Source of the DNA: an uncultured Opitutales bacterium
GTDB taxonomy: Bacteria > Myxococcota_A > UBA9160 > SMWR01
Assembly (NCBI GenBank): GCA_964194865.1
Contig: CAXMOC010000023.1
Coordinates: 1,400-65,399 of the forward strand
Length of the DNA: 64,000 nt
Direction: 5' to 3'
Within the stretch, counting starts at the first letter, position 1. Every line of letters begins with the position of its first letter. The notes beneath the pieces are model-generated. The model was given only the letters and a program-made list of their open reading frames with translations, was not told where the DNA came from and did no database searches. A program made the position numbers and the translations under genes. This document shows positions 46,671 to 56,060 of this stretch, piece after piece.

Positions 46671-47075
46671 GGCTTACTCCTCGGCAATGATTTCAGGCGC
46701 GGGCAGCGAGCTTATAACATCCCTGGGGTCCGGGCTTTGAGGTCGCGTGCGAGCCTCACAGTTCCCGGGGGAGCGGATGCCACGCCCGGCCGCCCTCAAA
46801 GACGGAACGAAGAGCAAGGATGCGGTGATCCAGAAGGTCGTCTCCCGCCTCGAGTCTCCGATCGGCATCCCCGTACCAGTGGTAGGCCGATAAGGAGCTG
46901 GGATAAATCACTTCAGCCTCGTGGCGGCGGCGGGATGTCCAAGTACACCATGGATGGCGTCTGGAAGGGCTTCACTCCACCGCTGCGACCCGAAGGCTGG
47001 GCCATCGCCGTCAGTACGTGCCTTGTCGTGTTGCGGCGCTCCGTGAGAGCAAGCAATCTGCGCTGAGTTGCAGGT

Positions 47076-48194
47076 CTATCGTGCGGTAGCCGACTTTGAC
47101 GCCTCGAGGATCGGAGCGAAAGCCGCCGCGTCGAACTCCTTGTCGTGCGTGTAGAGGTTGAAGACTGCCATTGCGTCCTGGTCTTCCGCGCTCGTGTTGT
47201 CGTAGATCACGCCCAGCTCGTACTGGTGATCCTTGAAGACCGGGATGCCCTTTTCACTGCTGTAGAAGTCGACGTGTTCGAGCCCGGTGCTCTCCTCGAA
47301 GTTGACTGCGTTGGCGGTGTAGACAATCTCGTCGGTCGTGAGGTCCCGCAGCCACATCGATTCCGCGAACGGATGCAGGTGAACGGCGATGTAGTGAATC
47401 GTCGTGTCGTATTTCAGTCTCATCCGGTCGCTGACGAGCGTTCGGTAGACGTGGCGTCCGGGTGGAACCCGGAAGTGGCCGGTGAACTCCTGTCCGTGTC
47501 GGTCAACGTGTCCCGCGTTACCCGGCGTGGCTTTCTCACCGGGCAGGCAAGTAGCCGCTTTCTCGAGTTCGCTGGGATCACTTCTCCCGAAGACCGCTGG
47601 CCCGTCAAGCGAGACCATGACGACCAGGCCGATGACGCTGAGCGCTTCGTATGGCTGTGGCAGCTCGCGATCTCGCTTGTAGCTCACCGTGACCTTGTGC
47701 CGCACCTGCTCCGAGCCGCTCTTTTGGTGGAGGTTCAGCACCTGAGCGTACAGGTGGTACCTGGAGGTGGACAGCATCGGAATTCCGAAGCCCGCCGGGA
47801 GCGAGATCCGGGTCTGCCCCTGCGAGAGTGTGAACATACGGCCGTGGATCAGCCGATCGTCGAAGAACGCGTCCTGGCCTGCTTGGCCGGGAACGAGGTT
47901 CCAGTTGCTGTGACACATGTACTGCTGGGACCTTGGGGTGTGGCCATCGGCTCCGACCATCACGGCCTCGAAGCCGGTGATCCACAGCAGCTCGGGATCC
48001 TCCGCATCGAGCAGGCGAACCGTCTTCTTCCGGCCAGGGCCTTCCATCGATCGATAGATGCGATCGACCGTGAAGGTCTTCAGCAGAAACGTGCTCGACA
48101 GGCTCTCGGGCGCTGCGTTCGGGCAGCCCACCGCGAAAATGGATGCCGCCAACGCCAGCGAGGACACGAGAATCGCAAGCCAACGAGCCTTCAC
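47076..48194 (-). CDS. Lipoprotein with copper type II monooxygenase (PHM/DBH)-like C-domain
   Basis: Lipobox-like AVGC; MCHSN; PAGFG; HYIAVHLHPF (HxH); YDNTS...DAM. Confidence 0.6.
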   Translation of the reverse strand: MKARWLAILVSSLALAASIFAVGCPNAAPESLSSTFLLKTFTVDRIYRSMEGPGRKKTVRLLDAEDPELLWITGFEAVMVGADGHTPRSQQYMCHSNWNLVPGQAGQDAFFDDRLIHGRMFTLSQGQTRISLPAGFGIPMLSTSRYHLYAQVLNLHQKSGSEQVRHKVTVSYKRDRELPQPYEALSVIGLVVMVSLDGPAVFGRSDPSELEKAATCLPGEKATPGNAGHVDRHGQEFTGHFRVPPGRHVYRTLVSDRMRLKYDTTIHYIAVHLHPFAESMWLRDLTTDEIVYTANAVNFEESTGLEHVDFYSSEKGIPVFKDHQYELGVIYDNTSAEDQDAMAVFNLYTHDKEFDAAAFAPILEASKSATAR

Positions 48195-48383
48195 GATTCG
48201 ATCCTAGCCTCTGACGCGTCGAACGCGAGGGCCAGGGAGGGGCAGTTGGCGGCGCGGACTTGTCGCGACACAAAAATCGGACAGAGTACCCGCCACGCGA
48301 CACGGAACCGGATCATGGCCCTACCCGTCGCGAATTCGAGTAGCTGAAATCACGTCCAATTTGCAGTTGACGGCCAGCGCTCG

Positions 48384-50990
48384 ATGATGAGAGGATCACG
48401 GGTGCTCAGCCCAACGACGTTCGTGATCAAGAACCGCTCGGGCCAGAGTTCAGATTCAGTTGATCAGCGAGCCCCCAAGCTGAAATCAGGTCTGGGGCTA
48501 ATCTGGACCGTGGCATGGCTAGTTGCAGCTGAACTTGCGTCAGCGAACGACGGCGGCGTCATGGGCTTCAGCGGAAACCCTGCCACCCAGGGCGGGAACA
48601 CCTGCGGGCTGTGTCATACCGGAGGAGTGACGCCCTCGCTTCAGCTGACGGGCCCCACCACCGCTGACGGCGGCGACCAGCTCTCTTATGAGCTCACGAT
48701 CTCCGGCGGCCAGGCTACCGCCTGCGGTTTCAACGCTTCGGCGACCGCGGGAGAAATCGTTCTCGTAGAGCCCGATACGCGCATCTTCAACGATGAGGTC
48801 ACCCACTCCGAGCCCCGGCTCGTGGACCAATTCGATGAGTGCCGTTATGCCTTCGATTGGATCGCGCCGTGGGAAGGCGGCACCGTTACCCTCTACGCAG
48901 CCGGCAACTCCGTGGATCTCAGCCAGACCACGGCGGGGGACGACTACGCGACGAGCTCGCTCACCGTCACCGTCCAGGCCGCGCCGCCGGGAACGATTCC
49001 TCCAACCGCGGATCCCGGCGGACCGTACGTCGGCTCAGTTGGCAACTCGATCGCGTTCGACGGGAGCAACTCGTTCGATCTCGATGGCAACCTCGATAGC
49101 TACGAGTGGGATTGGGGCGACGCGACCTCGGCGGGCAGCGGCGTTTCGCCGTCTCACGCGTATTCGGAGGTAGGCAACTACACGGTCACTCTGACGGTCA
49201 CCGATGACGACGGGCACACGGACGACGAGACGGTCGTCGTACAGGTGCTGCTCGAGCCACCTTCCCTTCAGGAGATTCTCGAGATCGCCGACCCGCTGCT
49301 GGTAAACGCAGTCTACGCCACCGCACCGCGCTTCGACGATCGCCTCTTCATCGTCAAGCAGACAATGGACAGCGATCCCACCAAAGGCGCGATCTACATC
49401 CTGGAAGACGGAGCGCTGCTGGCGACGCCGTTCTTCACGGTGGGTCCGATCAACGAAACCCCTCCGGAGCATGGGCTGCGCGGGCTCGCGTTCCCTCCTG
49501 ATTACGCCGAGACGGGACTCTTCTACGTGCTGTACAGCAATCTCGGCAACGACACGGTGATCGCCCGGGTCGCCACCAGTGCCGACCCGGATCGGGCCGA
49601 TGATTCATCCCTCGAAGAAGTTTTCAATTCGGGACCGCTGAACGACTTCCACAGGGGTTCACACCTCGAGTTTGGGCCGGATGGATACTTGTACGCTGCG
49701 TTCGGCGATGGCGGCATCAGGAGCCTGGCGCAGGATCCCTCCAGCTTCCGTTCGAAGATGATCCGGCTCGACGTGAGCGGCGGATTGGGAAGTGGGTACA
49801 GCGTTCCGGACGACAACCCGTTCGTGGGCCCCGGTCTGCCGCTCGATGAAATCTGGGCGACGGGATTCCGCAATCCGTACCGCTTCGACCTGGACGAGAC
49901 GGGGAATATCTACGTTGCCGATGTGGGCCAAGCCCTCATGGAGGAAGTGAGCGTGGCGCCGTCCGGCGAGAGTGGGATGAACTTCGGTTGGCCGATTCTC
50001 GAGGGAACCAGCTGCTTCGATGGCACTGCGCAAGAGTGTGCAAGCACCGCCTATGCACCTCCCATCTATGCGTACACGCACGAGGGAGCGAACGGATGCT
50101 CGATCATTGGCGGCGAGCTCTATCGAGGTGAGGTGCCCGAACTCAGGGGGCGCTTCTGGTTCGGGGACTGGTGCGCTCCAAGGATCTTCAGCCTCGTCTG
50201 GGATGGAGAGGAGAGCATCAGCGACCTGGTCGAGCATACGGCGGAGCTCGGAGGGGGCGTCATCCACAGCATCTCAGCGATCTCAGCAGACGGGCACAAT
50301 GAACTCGTGATCCTGAACGTCCTAGATGGAGAGCTCTACCGCGTGATTCCGAATCCTGCTCCGTGTGCCGACGGAATCGACAACGACCAAGACGGTGACA
50401 CCGACCTGAATGACGTAGGCTGCCGAAGCGCACTCGATCCTGGCGAGAAAGATGCCAGATTCCCGTGCGACGATGGTGTGGACAACGACGACGACGGGCT
50501 GACCGACTACCCAGCCGACCCGGAGTGCGCTGCACCGAGTACTGCCTCGGAAGCCTGTAGCGATGGGATCCTGGACCCGGGAGAGCAATGCGACGATGGA
50601 AACCTGCAAGCCGGTGATGGCTGCAGCGAGCTCTGCCAAATCGAAGTCGAGGACTCGTGGCAGTTCTTCGGAAGCCCCACGACGGGCAATGTGAGCTTCA
50701 GCGTGGACGGTGTCGCCTTCCAGGTGCCGACGCTCGAGGGCGAGTCGGTCGAGGAGGTGGCTTCGAACGTCGCTGATGCCATCAATGACGACCCCACGCT
50801 CTCGCAGGCGGGCATCTTTGCTTTCGCTATCGGTGGCACCGTCATCACGAACGGTACGATTACCGATCGGATGATCAACGGAGCGGTAATCCCCAGTCTC
50901 AGTGGCTGGAGTTTGGGATTGCTGGCCGCACTACTCCCCGCTACGGCGATGCTCAGTTCCGCCTGGCGTCGCCGCTTACGACCGCGCTAG
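48384..50990 (+). CDS. Secreted multidomain protein: CxxCH/Reeler-like, PKD, PQQ sugar dehydrogenase propeller, Cys/Asp repeats, IPTL-like anchor
   Basis: TCGLCH; YEWDWGD and GNYTVTLTVTD (PKD); EHGLRGLAFPP, FGPDGYLY, GFRNPYR, ADVGQ, NFGWP (GSDH); CADGIDNDQDG; GEQCDDGNLQAGDGCSELC; IPSLSGWSLGLL; start uncertain. Confidence 0.85.
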   Translation: MMRGSRVLSPTTFVIKNRSGQSSDSVDQRAPKLKSGLGLIWTVAWLVAAELASANDGGVMGFSGNPATQGGNTCGLCHTGGVTPSLQLTGPTTADGGDQLSYELTISGGQATACGFNASATAGEIVLVEPDTRIFNDEVTHSEPRLVDQFDECRYAFDWIAPWEGGTVTLYAAGNSVDLSQTTAGDDYATSSLTVTVQAAPPGTIPPTADPGGPYVGSVGNSIAFDGSNSFDLDGNLDSYEWDWGDATSAGSGVSPSHAYSEVGNYTVTLTVTDDDGHTDDETVVVQVLLEPPSLQEILEIADPLLVNAVYATAPRFDDRLFIVKQTMDSDPTKGAIYILEDGALLATPFFTVGPINETPPEHGLRGLAFPPDYAETGLFYVLYSNLGNDTVIARVATSADPDRADDSSLEEVFNSGPLNDFHRGSHLEFGPDGYLYAAFGDGGIRSLAQDPSSFRSKMIRLDVSGGLGSGYSVPDDNPFVGPGLPLDEIWATGFRNPYRFDLDETGNIYVADVGQALMEEVSVAPSGESGMNFGWPILEGTSCFDGTAQECASTAYAPPIYAYTHEGANGCSIIGGELYRGEVPELRGRFWFGDWCAPRIFSLVWDGEESISDLVEHTAELGGGVIHSISAISADGHNELVILNVLDGELYRVIPNPAPCADGIDNDQDGDTDLNDVGCRSALDPGEKDARFPCDDGVDNDDDGLTDYPADPECAAPSTASEACSDGILDPGEQCDDGNLQAGDGCSELCQIEVEDSWQFFGSPTTGNVSFSVDGVAFQVPTLEGESVEEVASNVADAINDDPTLSQAGIFAFAIGGTVITNGTITDRMINGAVIPSLSGWSLGLLAALLPATAMLSSAWRRRLRPR

Positions 50991-51004
50991 GGCCGGCCGG
51001 CTGC

Positions 51005-52381
51005 TCAGCGGACGTAGTACAACAGCGCGTTGGGGCTGAACTCGCGGGGGTCACCGCCCTCCTGGAAGCGGGGCGCCGTGAGTCCGACGTCGATGCCGAA
51101 CACGAAGTAGCGTCGTTCGCGAAGATCGTGGTAGACCTGGAGCGTATCCCACAGGACGGGCACTTCGTAGTAGTTGAGGGCATGCGCCTCGGCGACCCGC
51201 CACAGCCGCCCTTCCGAGTCGTAGCTGTCGGCCGCGAGGATCTGCCAGCTGTCCTCGTCGACATAGAACACGCGGCGGGAATAGACGTGCCGCTGTCCCT
51301 CCTTGAGCCGACCTTCGACAACCCACACCCGGTGTAGCTCGTAGCGGGCGAGCTCCGGCTCGATGTGCCCAACGCGCAAGATCTCGTCGGGTTCCACGTC
51401 GTCGCCGTGCAACCGGTAGGCGTTGTAGGGAACGTAGAGCTCGCGTTTTCCGACGAGCTGCCACTCGAAGCGGTCGGGCGGGCCGTTGAAGATATCCAGC
51501 TCGTCCACCGTCCGCAGACCGCCGCTGTCGGGCGCCGGGTGGTCGTAGGCGAAATAGGGGTTGCGCAGCACGCGGCGCAGCGCACGACTGTAGTTCCATA
51601 CCTTGCGCGGGTCTCGCGTCTGGTCGATCGGCTCGATCACGAGGAGCCCGTCCCCGGAGCGCAGAGACGGCGCGATGATCTTGGTCTTGAACGCCAACAT
51701 CACATTGGGATGCGCGCGCTTGAACGCGGTGTCGCTCGGCGCGGCGTAGGGGACGCCGATCTCCTGCTGCGATACGACCACGCTGTAGTTTCCGCGTCGA
51801 GTCACGGCCGCCGACCCGACGCCTCGCGACACGCGCACGCCGCGGAAACGAAGCGTGTGGTTCCAGACGACCTCGACTCCGCTCTGCGGAATCGGAAACG
51901 GAGAGGAGACCTTGGCGTCGGCGACGCTCCCCTTGCCCTCCAGCACGAGCTGCGCGTTCGTGGCATTCGATCTCGAGGCCTCGTAGACCCATTCCGGGTA
52001 CGAGGCGGAGCGCCGCGTCGGATAGATGCGCATGCGCCAGGTGTCGGGGTAGGCGAGCAGCAGGGCCTTCTGGCCCTCGGAAAGTTGCGCTGCGTGCTCC
52101 TCCAAGTTCGCCGCGCTGATCGTAAAGAGAGGGGCGTCTTCCTGGTAGGGATCCTCGTGCCAGCCCCCCTCTTCGTAGCTCGGAGGCGGCTGCGTGATTC
52201 CACCGGTCCAGGCCGGAATCGTCCCCTCGGCGTTTCCCGCACGCTCCGCCCCCATGGGTGTGAGATCGGCGCCCAGCCGGGCTGCCTGCTCGTCCGAGAC
52301 ACCGGCCCCGGCGCTCGAGACCAACCCGAGCAGCACGACCAGGAACGCGGGAGGCCAGCTGTGGTAAAGCGAAATCGACAT
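51005..52381 (-). CDS. DUF1329 family periplasmic protein
   Basis: LTPMGAERAGNAEGTIPAWTGG, PFPIPQSG, RYELHRVWVVE, RHVYSRRVFYVDEDSW. Confidence 0.93.
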   Translation of the reverse strand: MSISLYHSWPPAFLVVLLGLVSSAGAGVSDEQAARLGADLTPMGAERAGNAEGTIPAWTGGITQPPPSYEEGGWHEDPYQEDAPLFTISAANLEEHAAQLSEGQKALLLAYPDTWRMRIYPTRRSASYPEWVYEASRSNATNAQLVLEGKGSVADAKVSSPFPIPQSGVEVVWNHTLRFRGVRVSRGVGSAAVTRRGNYSVVVSQQEIGVPYAAPSDTAFKRAHPNVMLAFKTKIIAPSLRSGDGLLVIEPIDQTRDPRKVWNYSRALRRVLRNPYFAYDHPAPDSGGLRTVDELDIFNGPPDRFEWQLVGKRELYVPYNAYRLHGDDVEPDEILRVGHIEPELARYELHRVWVVEGRLKEGQRHVYSRRVFYVDEDSWQILAADSYDSEGRLWRVAEAHALNYYEVPVLWDTLQVYHDLRERRYFVFGIDVGLTAPRFQEGGDPREFSPNALLYYVR

Positions 52382-52387
52382 GCTCTC

Positions 52388-54166
52388 TCAGTAGTGGAAG
52401 ATCACGTTGAAGCGCACGAAGTCGCGATCCTCTGTCAGATTGACGGGGGCGCCGCCGATGCGGATGCCTCCGAAGTTGCGGACGTAGCCCAAGCTCGTCG
52501 TCCAGCGCTGTGTGTACTGAACGTCGAGTGCCGCGGTAAAGGTTTTCCGGTCCTCGACGAAGGCGACGCCGGGACCCGGCGTAACGCCGTCGACGTCGTG
52601 CGTCCAGCGGAGCAGGGGCCGCAGCGTGAAGCCTCCGAAAACGCCCTCGTAGGTGAGCTCACCGACGAGGCGATAGCCCCAGGAGTCGTCGTCGAAGGGG
52701 CTCGAGCCTGACAGGCCGTCGATGTGCACCCAGCCGATGTCGAAGCTGAGGAACGACTGGGCCGCTCCCAGGCGCGGCCCGAGTAGCTGTGCGACGTTCA
52801 GCGAGAGCTGCGTCTTCCCGGCGTCGTACCAACCCTTCACAGTCTCGTCGGCACCGAAGACTCCCAGTGACGTGCCCTTGAACACCTCCGCGAGCGGGCT
52901 CGTGAATTCGACCGGCGAGAGCGACGCAGCGAGCACCTCCTCCTTGGGAACCTGGAGGGGCCAGTCGAAGTGGTGTGACAGCTCGAGGGCGATCAGGGTG
53001 CCCGTGGTGATCGTGGCGGTGCTGAATGCGAACCCGAGCATCTTGATATTCTCGGGATAAGTCACCCCGTAGCGCGTCGCGTTGGCGAGGTCGCTGACGG
53101 CGAGGAACTGGGCGTCGGCCTCGCTCACGCCGAACTTCGCCTCTCGCGCGTCCACGGCTGCATCGCTGGTGCTCGCGACGGTCACCGGATCCGCCGTGAA
53201 GGCGTTCACCAGTGGGAGGCGGCTGTGGTAGTTCATGAAGTAGAGCGCGAGCTTCGAGGCGTTCAAGAAGGGCAGGAAGCTCTGCACCGCGAAGCCGAAC
53301 TGGCCCTGGTCATCGGGCTTGTCGCGTCCGGCCGAGAAGATCTTCATGAAGTCGGGGTCGAATCCAAGGGGCTGACCCGTTGGGTCAAACGCGGCGTCCA
53401 GGTCGGTGCCCCGGTCGGAGAATGCACCGAATCCATCCAGGGCCAGGTTCGTATCGACCCCGATGAGGTCGTCGGCAGAGAGGAACCACCCCACCGGCGG
53501 GAGGGCCACGGGCTCCCAGTCGTATTGATAGAACGCCTCCACGGCGATGTGCTCCGTGGGGTTCGCCACCCCCCAGATCATCCCCTGGCGCACGAAGAGG
53601 TCGCGGGCCGTCGTCGTGGGCTGTGCCAGGGCCACGAGGTCGATGGGGTTGACCGTATCGATGCCGAAGCGAAGGAAGCTGCTCTCGCCCCAGTTGACCA
53701 CCTGGTTTCCAACCCGCAGCTGCATCGGTACGTCGGCCACGCTGAAGTTCGCCGTCAGGTAGGCGTCCTGGAGATCCGCGCCGCTGCTGACGGCCCATTT
53801 GCCATCGTCGCTCAGGCCCGTGCGTCTCCCGCCGCCCAGCTCGTTCTCGAAGTCGTAGAAGCCGTAGCCCCGAACGAAGGCGCCGAAATTCCGCCAGCGC
53901 AGCGCGACCTCGGCGCTTCCTCGCACCTGATTGGCGACGATGCCCTCATCGTAGTTCAGGTTTCCGTCGTCGAAGTTCACCGACGGTGCGTTTCCGCCGT
54001 TGCCGACACCGATGAGGTCCGAGTCGCGCTCCTCCACGCGGGCAAGGATTCCGTACGCGACCGAGAAGTTGAAGACACCCTCGACCTCGCCGATGCGAAA
54101 AAGCTCTGAGGCGCTAGCGGTGGACTCCACCAATAGTGCGCAGAGCGCGGCACCGAGCCACCTCAT
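52388..54166 (-). CDS. DUF1302 family outer-membrane protein
   Basis: NFDDGNLNY, RVGNQVVNWGES, NYHSRLP, YPENIKMLG, C-terminal DRDFVRFNVIFHY. Confidence 0.9.
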   Translation of the reverse strand: MRWLGAALCALLVESTASASELFRIGEVEGVFNFSVAYGILARVEERDSDLIGVGNGGNAPSVNFDDGNLNYDEGIVANQVRGSAEVALRWRNFGAFVRGYGFYDFENELGGGRRTGLSDDGKWAVSSGADLQDAYLTANFSVADVPMQLRVGNQVVNWGESSFLRFGIDTVNPIDLVALAQPTTTARDLFVRQGMIWGVANPTEHIAVEAFYQYDWEPVALPPVGWFLSADDLIGVDTNLALDGFGAFSDRGTDLDAAFDPTGQPLGFDPDFMKIFSAGRDKPDDQGQFGFAVQSFLPFLNASKLALYFMNYHSRLPLVNAFTADPVTVASTSDAAVDAREAKFGVSEADAQFLAVSDLANATRYGVTYPENIKMLGFAFSTATITTGTLIALELSHHFDWPLQVPKEEVLAASLSPVEFTSPLAEVFKGTSLGVFGADETVKGWYDAGKTQLSLNVAQLLGPRLGAAQSFLSFDIGWVHIDGLSGSSPFDDDSWGYRLVGELTYEGVFGGFTLRPLLRWTHDVDGVTPGPGVAFVEDRKTFTAALDVQYTQRWTTSLGYVRNFGGIRIGGAPVNLTEDRDFVRFNVIFHY

Positions 54167-54297
54167 CGAGCAGGGCTCCCTACTCACACGACGACACTCA
54201 CACAGCGACACTGCCGTTCTCGCCGCGATCTCGCCAGCCGTTGGCGCGGCGCCCGAGTACCGGGAGACCGTCGAGCCGAGCGCCGTCTGTTTCGGCC

Positions 54298-55881
54298 CTA
54301 CCAGCGACCGCAATCCGGTGCCATCGCGTCGCGAGGCAGCAAGATCGGATAGCGCTTGCGGAGTGCTTCATCGACCTTGGGGTCGATGTACTCGGGATAG
54401 TGGGACGACAGCAGCGCGCTGACCCTCTGCGCGGCCCGCTCGCGAATGTCCATCGCGCCCTTTTCCTCCCACTCGTCGGGCGTCGAGCGGTCGGCCACCT
54501 CGGGGTAGAGGTATTCGGTCTCCATGATCCTCAGTGTCTGATCGTGGCCCAGGAAGTGACCCGGCCCCTCGCAGCAGACCTGTTGGAGCACCTCGTAGGA
54601 CATGGTCTCGTCGTTGACCTCGATGCCGCGCACCACGCGCTGGACGGACCCGAGCATGTCATTGTCGATCACCACCGCCTCGAACGAGCAACCGATCAGG
54701 CTCGCCAACATGCCAGCGGACTCGAACACCATGTTCGCTCCCGCCAGCCCGGCGAGCACCGTCGTGATGCCCTTTTCGTATCCGGCCTGGTTGTCGGGCA
54801 GCTTCGAGTCTGACATCCCGGCTGCCACACCGCTGGGTAGATCGTAGAAGTTGGTGAGCTGGGCGGATGCCGCGTTCAGCACCGCCTCTTCGCCGCCTCC
54901 ACCCGAGAACGCGCCGGTGCGCAGATCCGATACGAAGGGCCAGTTGCTGAAGATCATCGGATGGCCGGGAACGGTCAGGTTGACGAGGGCCAGACCGGCC
55001 AGCGTCTCCGCCACCGTCTGCACCAGCGTCCCGGCCAACGCGGCGGGCGCAGTGGCTCCCGCCTGCCCGGCGATGATCATGTTCACCGGCATGCCCTGGC
55101 GCGCCGCCTCCATCGACACCATGCCGTTGTCTTCGCCGTAACGCAGCGGTGGAACGATGGAGCAGGTATTGGCCGAGCAGAAGGGGCGCTCGCGGAAGCG
55201 GCCCTCGCCGCCGAGAATGGCGTCGAACATCGCCACGCCGTCCTTCACATGCTCCCATTTGTTAAAGCCGGAGTAGATGTGCTTTCGAGTAGCCGCCGCA
55301 CAGGCGTACGCGACGCTCATGTCGAACTCGTAGAGGTCGGTGATCTCCGTGGCGACCACGGTTCGGCTGAACCAGTGGATGTTCTCCAGCTGATCGACGA
55401 GCCGGGCAAAGTCGTAGAGATCGACCAGGGTCGTCGACCGGAACGAGCGCTTTTCGCTCTCGAGAACCTTCACCGCCATGCCGGCCGTGCCAAAGTGGGT
55501 CCGCGAATCGGAGATGTGCAGATCGTGTACGGGATCACGCCCGCACAGCGTGAAATTGCGGGCCGCACCAGCGACGATGTCCTCGATCATGCTTCGCGGA
55601 AAACAGAGTCGGCCGTGCTCGTTCAGCCGGCACCCCTTGGCGAGCGCGAGCTCGCGAAACTCCGGGAAGGCACCGTCCATGCCGATGTTCTCCAGCACGT
55701 CCAACGCCCGTTGGTGGATGCGCTTTACGTCGTGGCTGCTGAGGGGCTGGTAGGCGCCACCGGGAAGACCCGGGCCCACGGCTCCCTTCTTGGGCCCTGC
55801 GGCCCGCTGCGCGAGGCGCGCAGCACGCCCACCCCCCCTGCGGGGCCTAGAAGCTCCAGAATCCGCGGGCCTCTGCGCCAT
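54298..55881 (-). CDS. Trimethylamine methyltransferase (MttB) superfamily protein, no in-frame amber codon
   Basis: AGATAPAALAGTLVQ, SDLRTGAFSGG, SDSKLPDNQAGYEK, GHFLG; uninterrupted ORF. Confidence 0.92.
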   Translation of the reverse strand: MAQRPADSGASRPRRGGGRAARLAQRAAGPKKGAVGPGLPGGAYQPLSSHDVKRIHQRALDVLENIGMDGAFPEFRELALAKGCRLNEHGRLCFPRSMIEDIVAGAARNFTLCGRDPVHDLHISDSRTHFGTAGMAVKVLESEKRSFRSTTLVDLYDFARLVDQLENIHWFSRTVVATEITDLYEFDMSVAYACAAATRKHIYSGFNKWEHVKDGVAMFDAILGGEGRFRERPFCSANTCSIVPPLRYGEDNGMVSMEAARQGMPVNMIIAGQAGATAPAALAGTLVQTVAETLAGLALVNLTVPGHPMIFSNWPFVSDLRTGAFSGGGGEEAVLNAASAQLTNFYDLPSGVAAGMSDSKLPDNQAGYEKGITTVLAGLAGANMVFESAGMLASLIGCSFEAVVIDNDMLGSVQRVVRGIEVNDETMSYEVLQQVCCEGPGHFLGHDQTLRIMETEYLYPEVADRSTPDEWEEKGAMDIRERAAQRVSALLSSHYPEYIDPKVDEALRKRYPILLPRDAMAPDCGRW

Positions 55882-56060
55882 CTCATCTCCCCAACAAGGG
55901 GCCACTCCACGAGTCTTCGACTCATCGATGGCCCTGATGCCCCAGAGCGAACATCCGCCCGGTGCCTGTCTGAATCATCCAAGATCCGCACACGTGCGGT
56001 CAAGTAGAAAGGAGCGGCGACCTCTGGCGCTTCGAAGCGCGGGTGGTGGACGAACCGGAG

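Noticed and set aside
46737-47066. ORFs between the YSC84-like gene and the lipoprotein gene
   Set aside because: No coherent protein; at most gene debris
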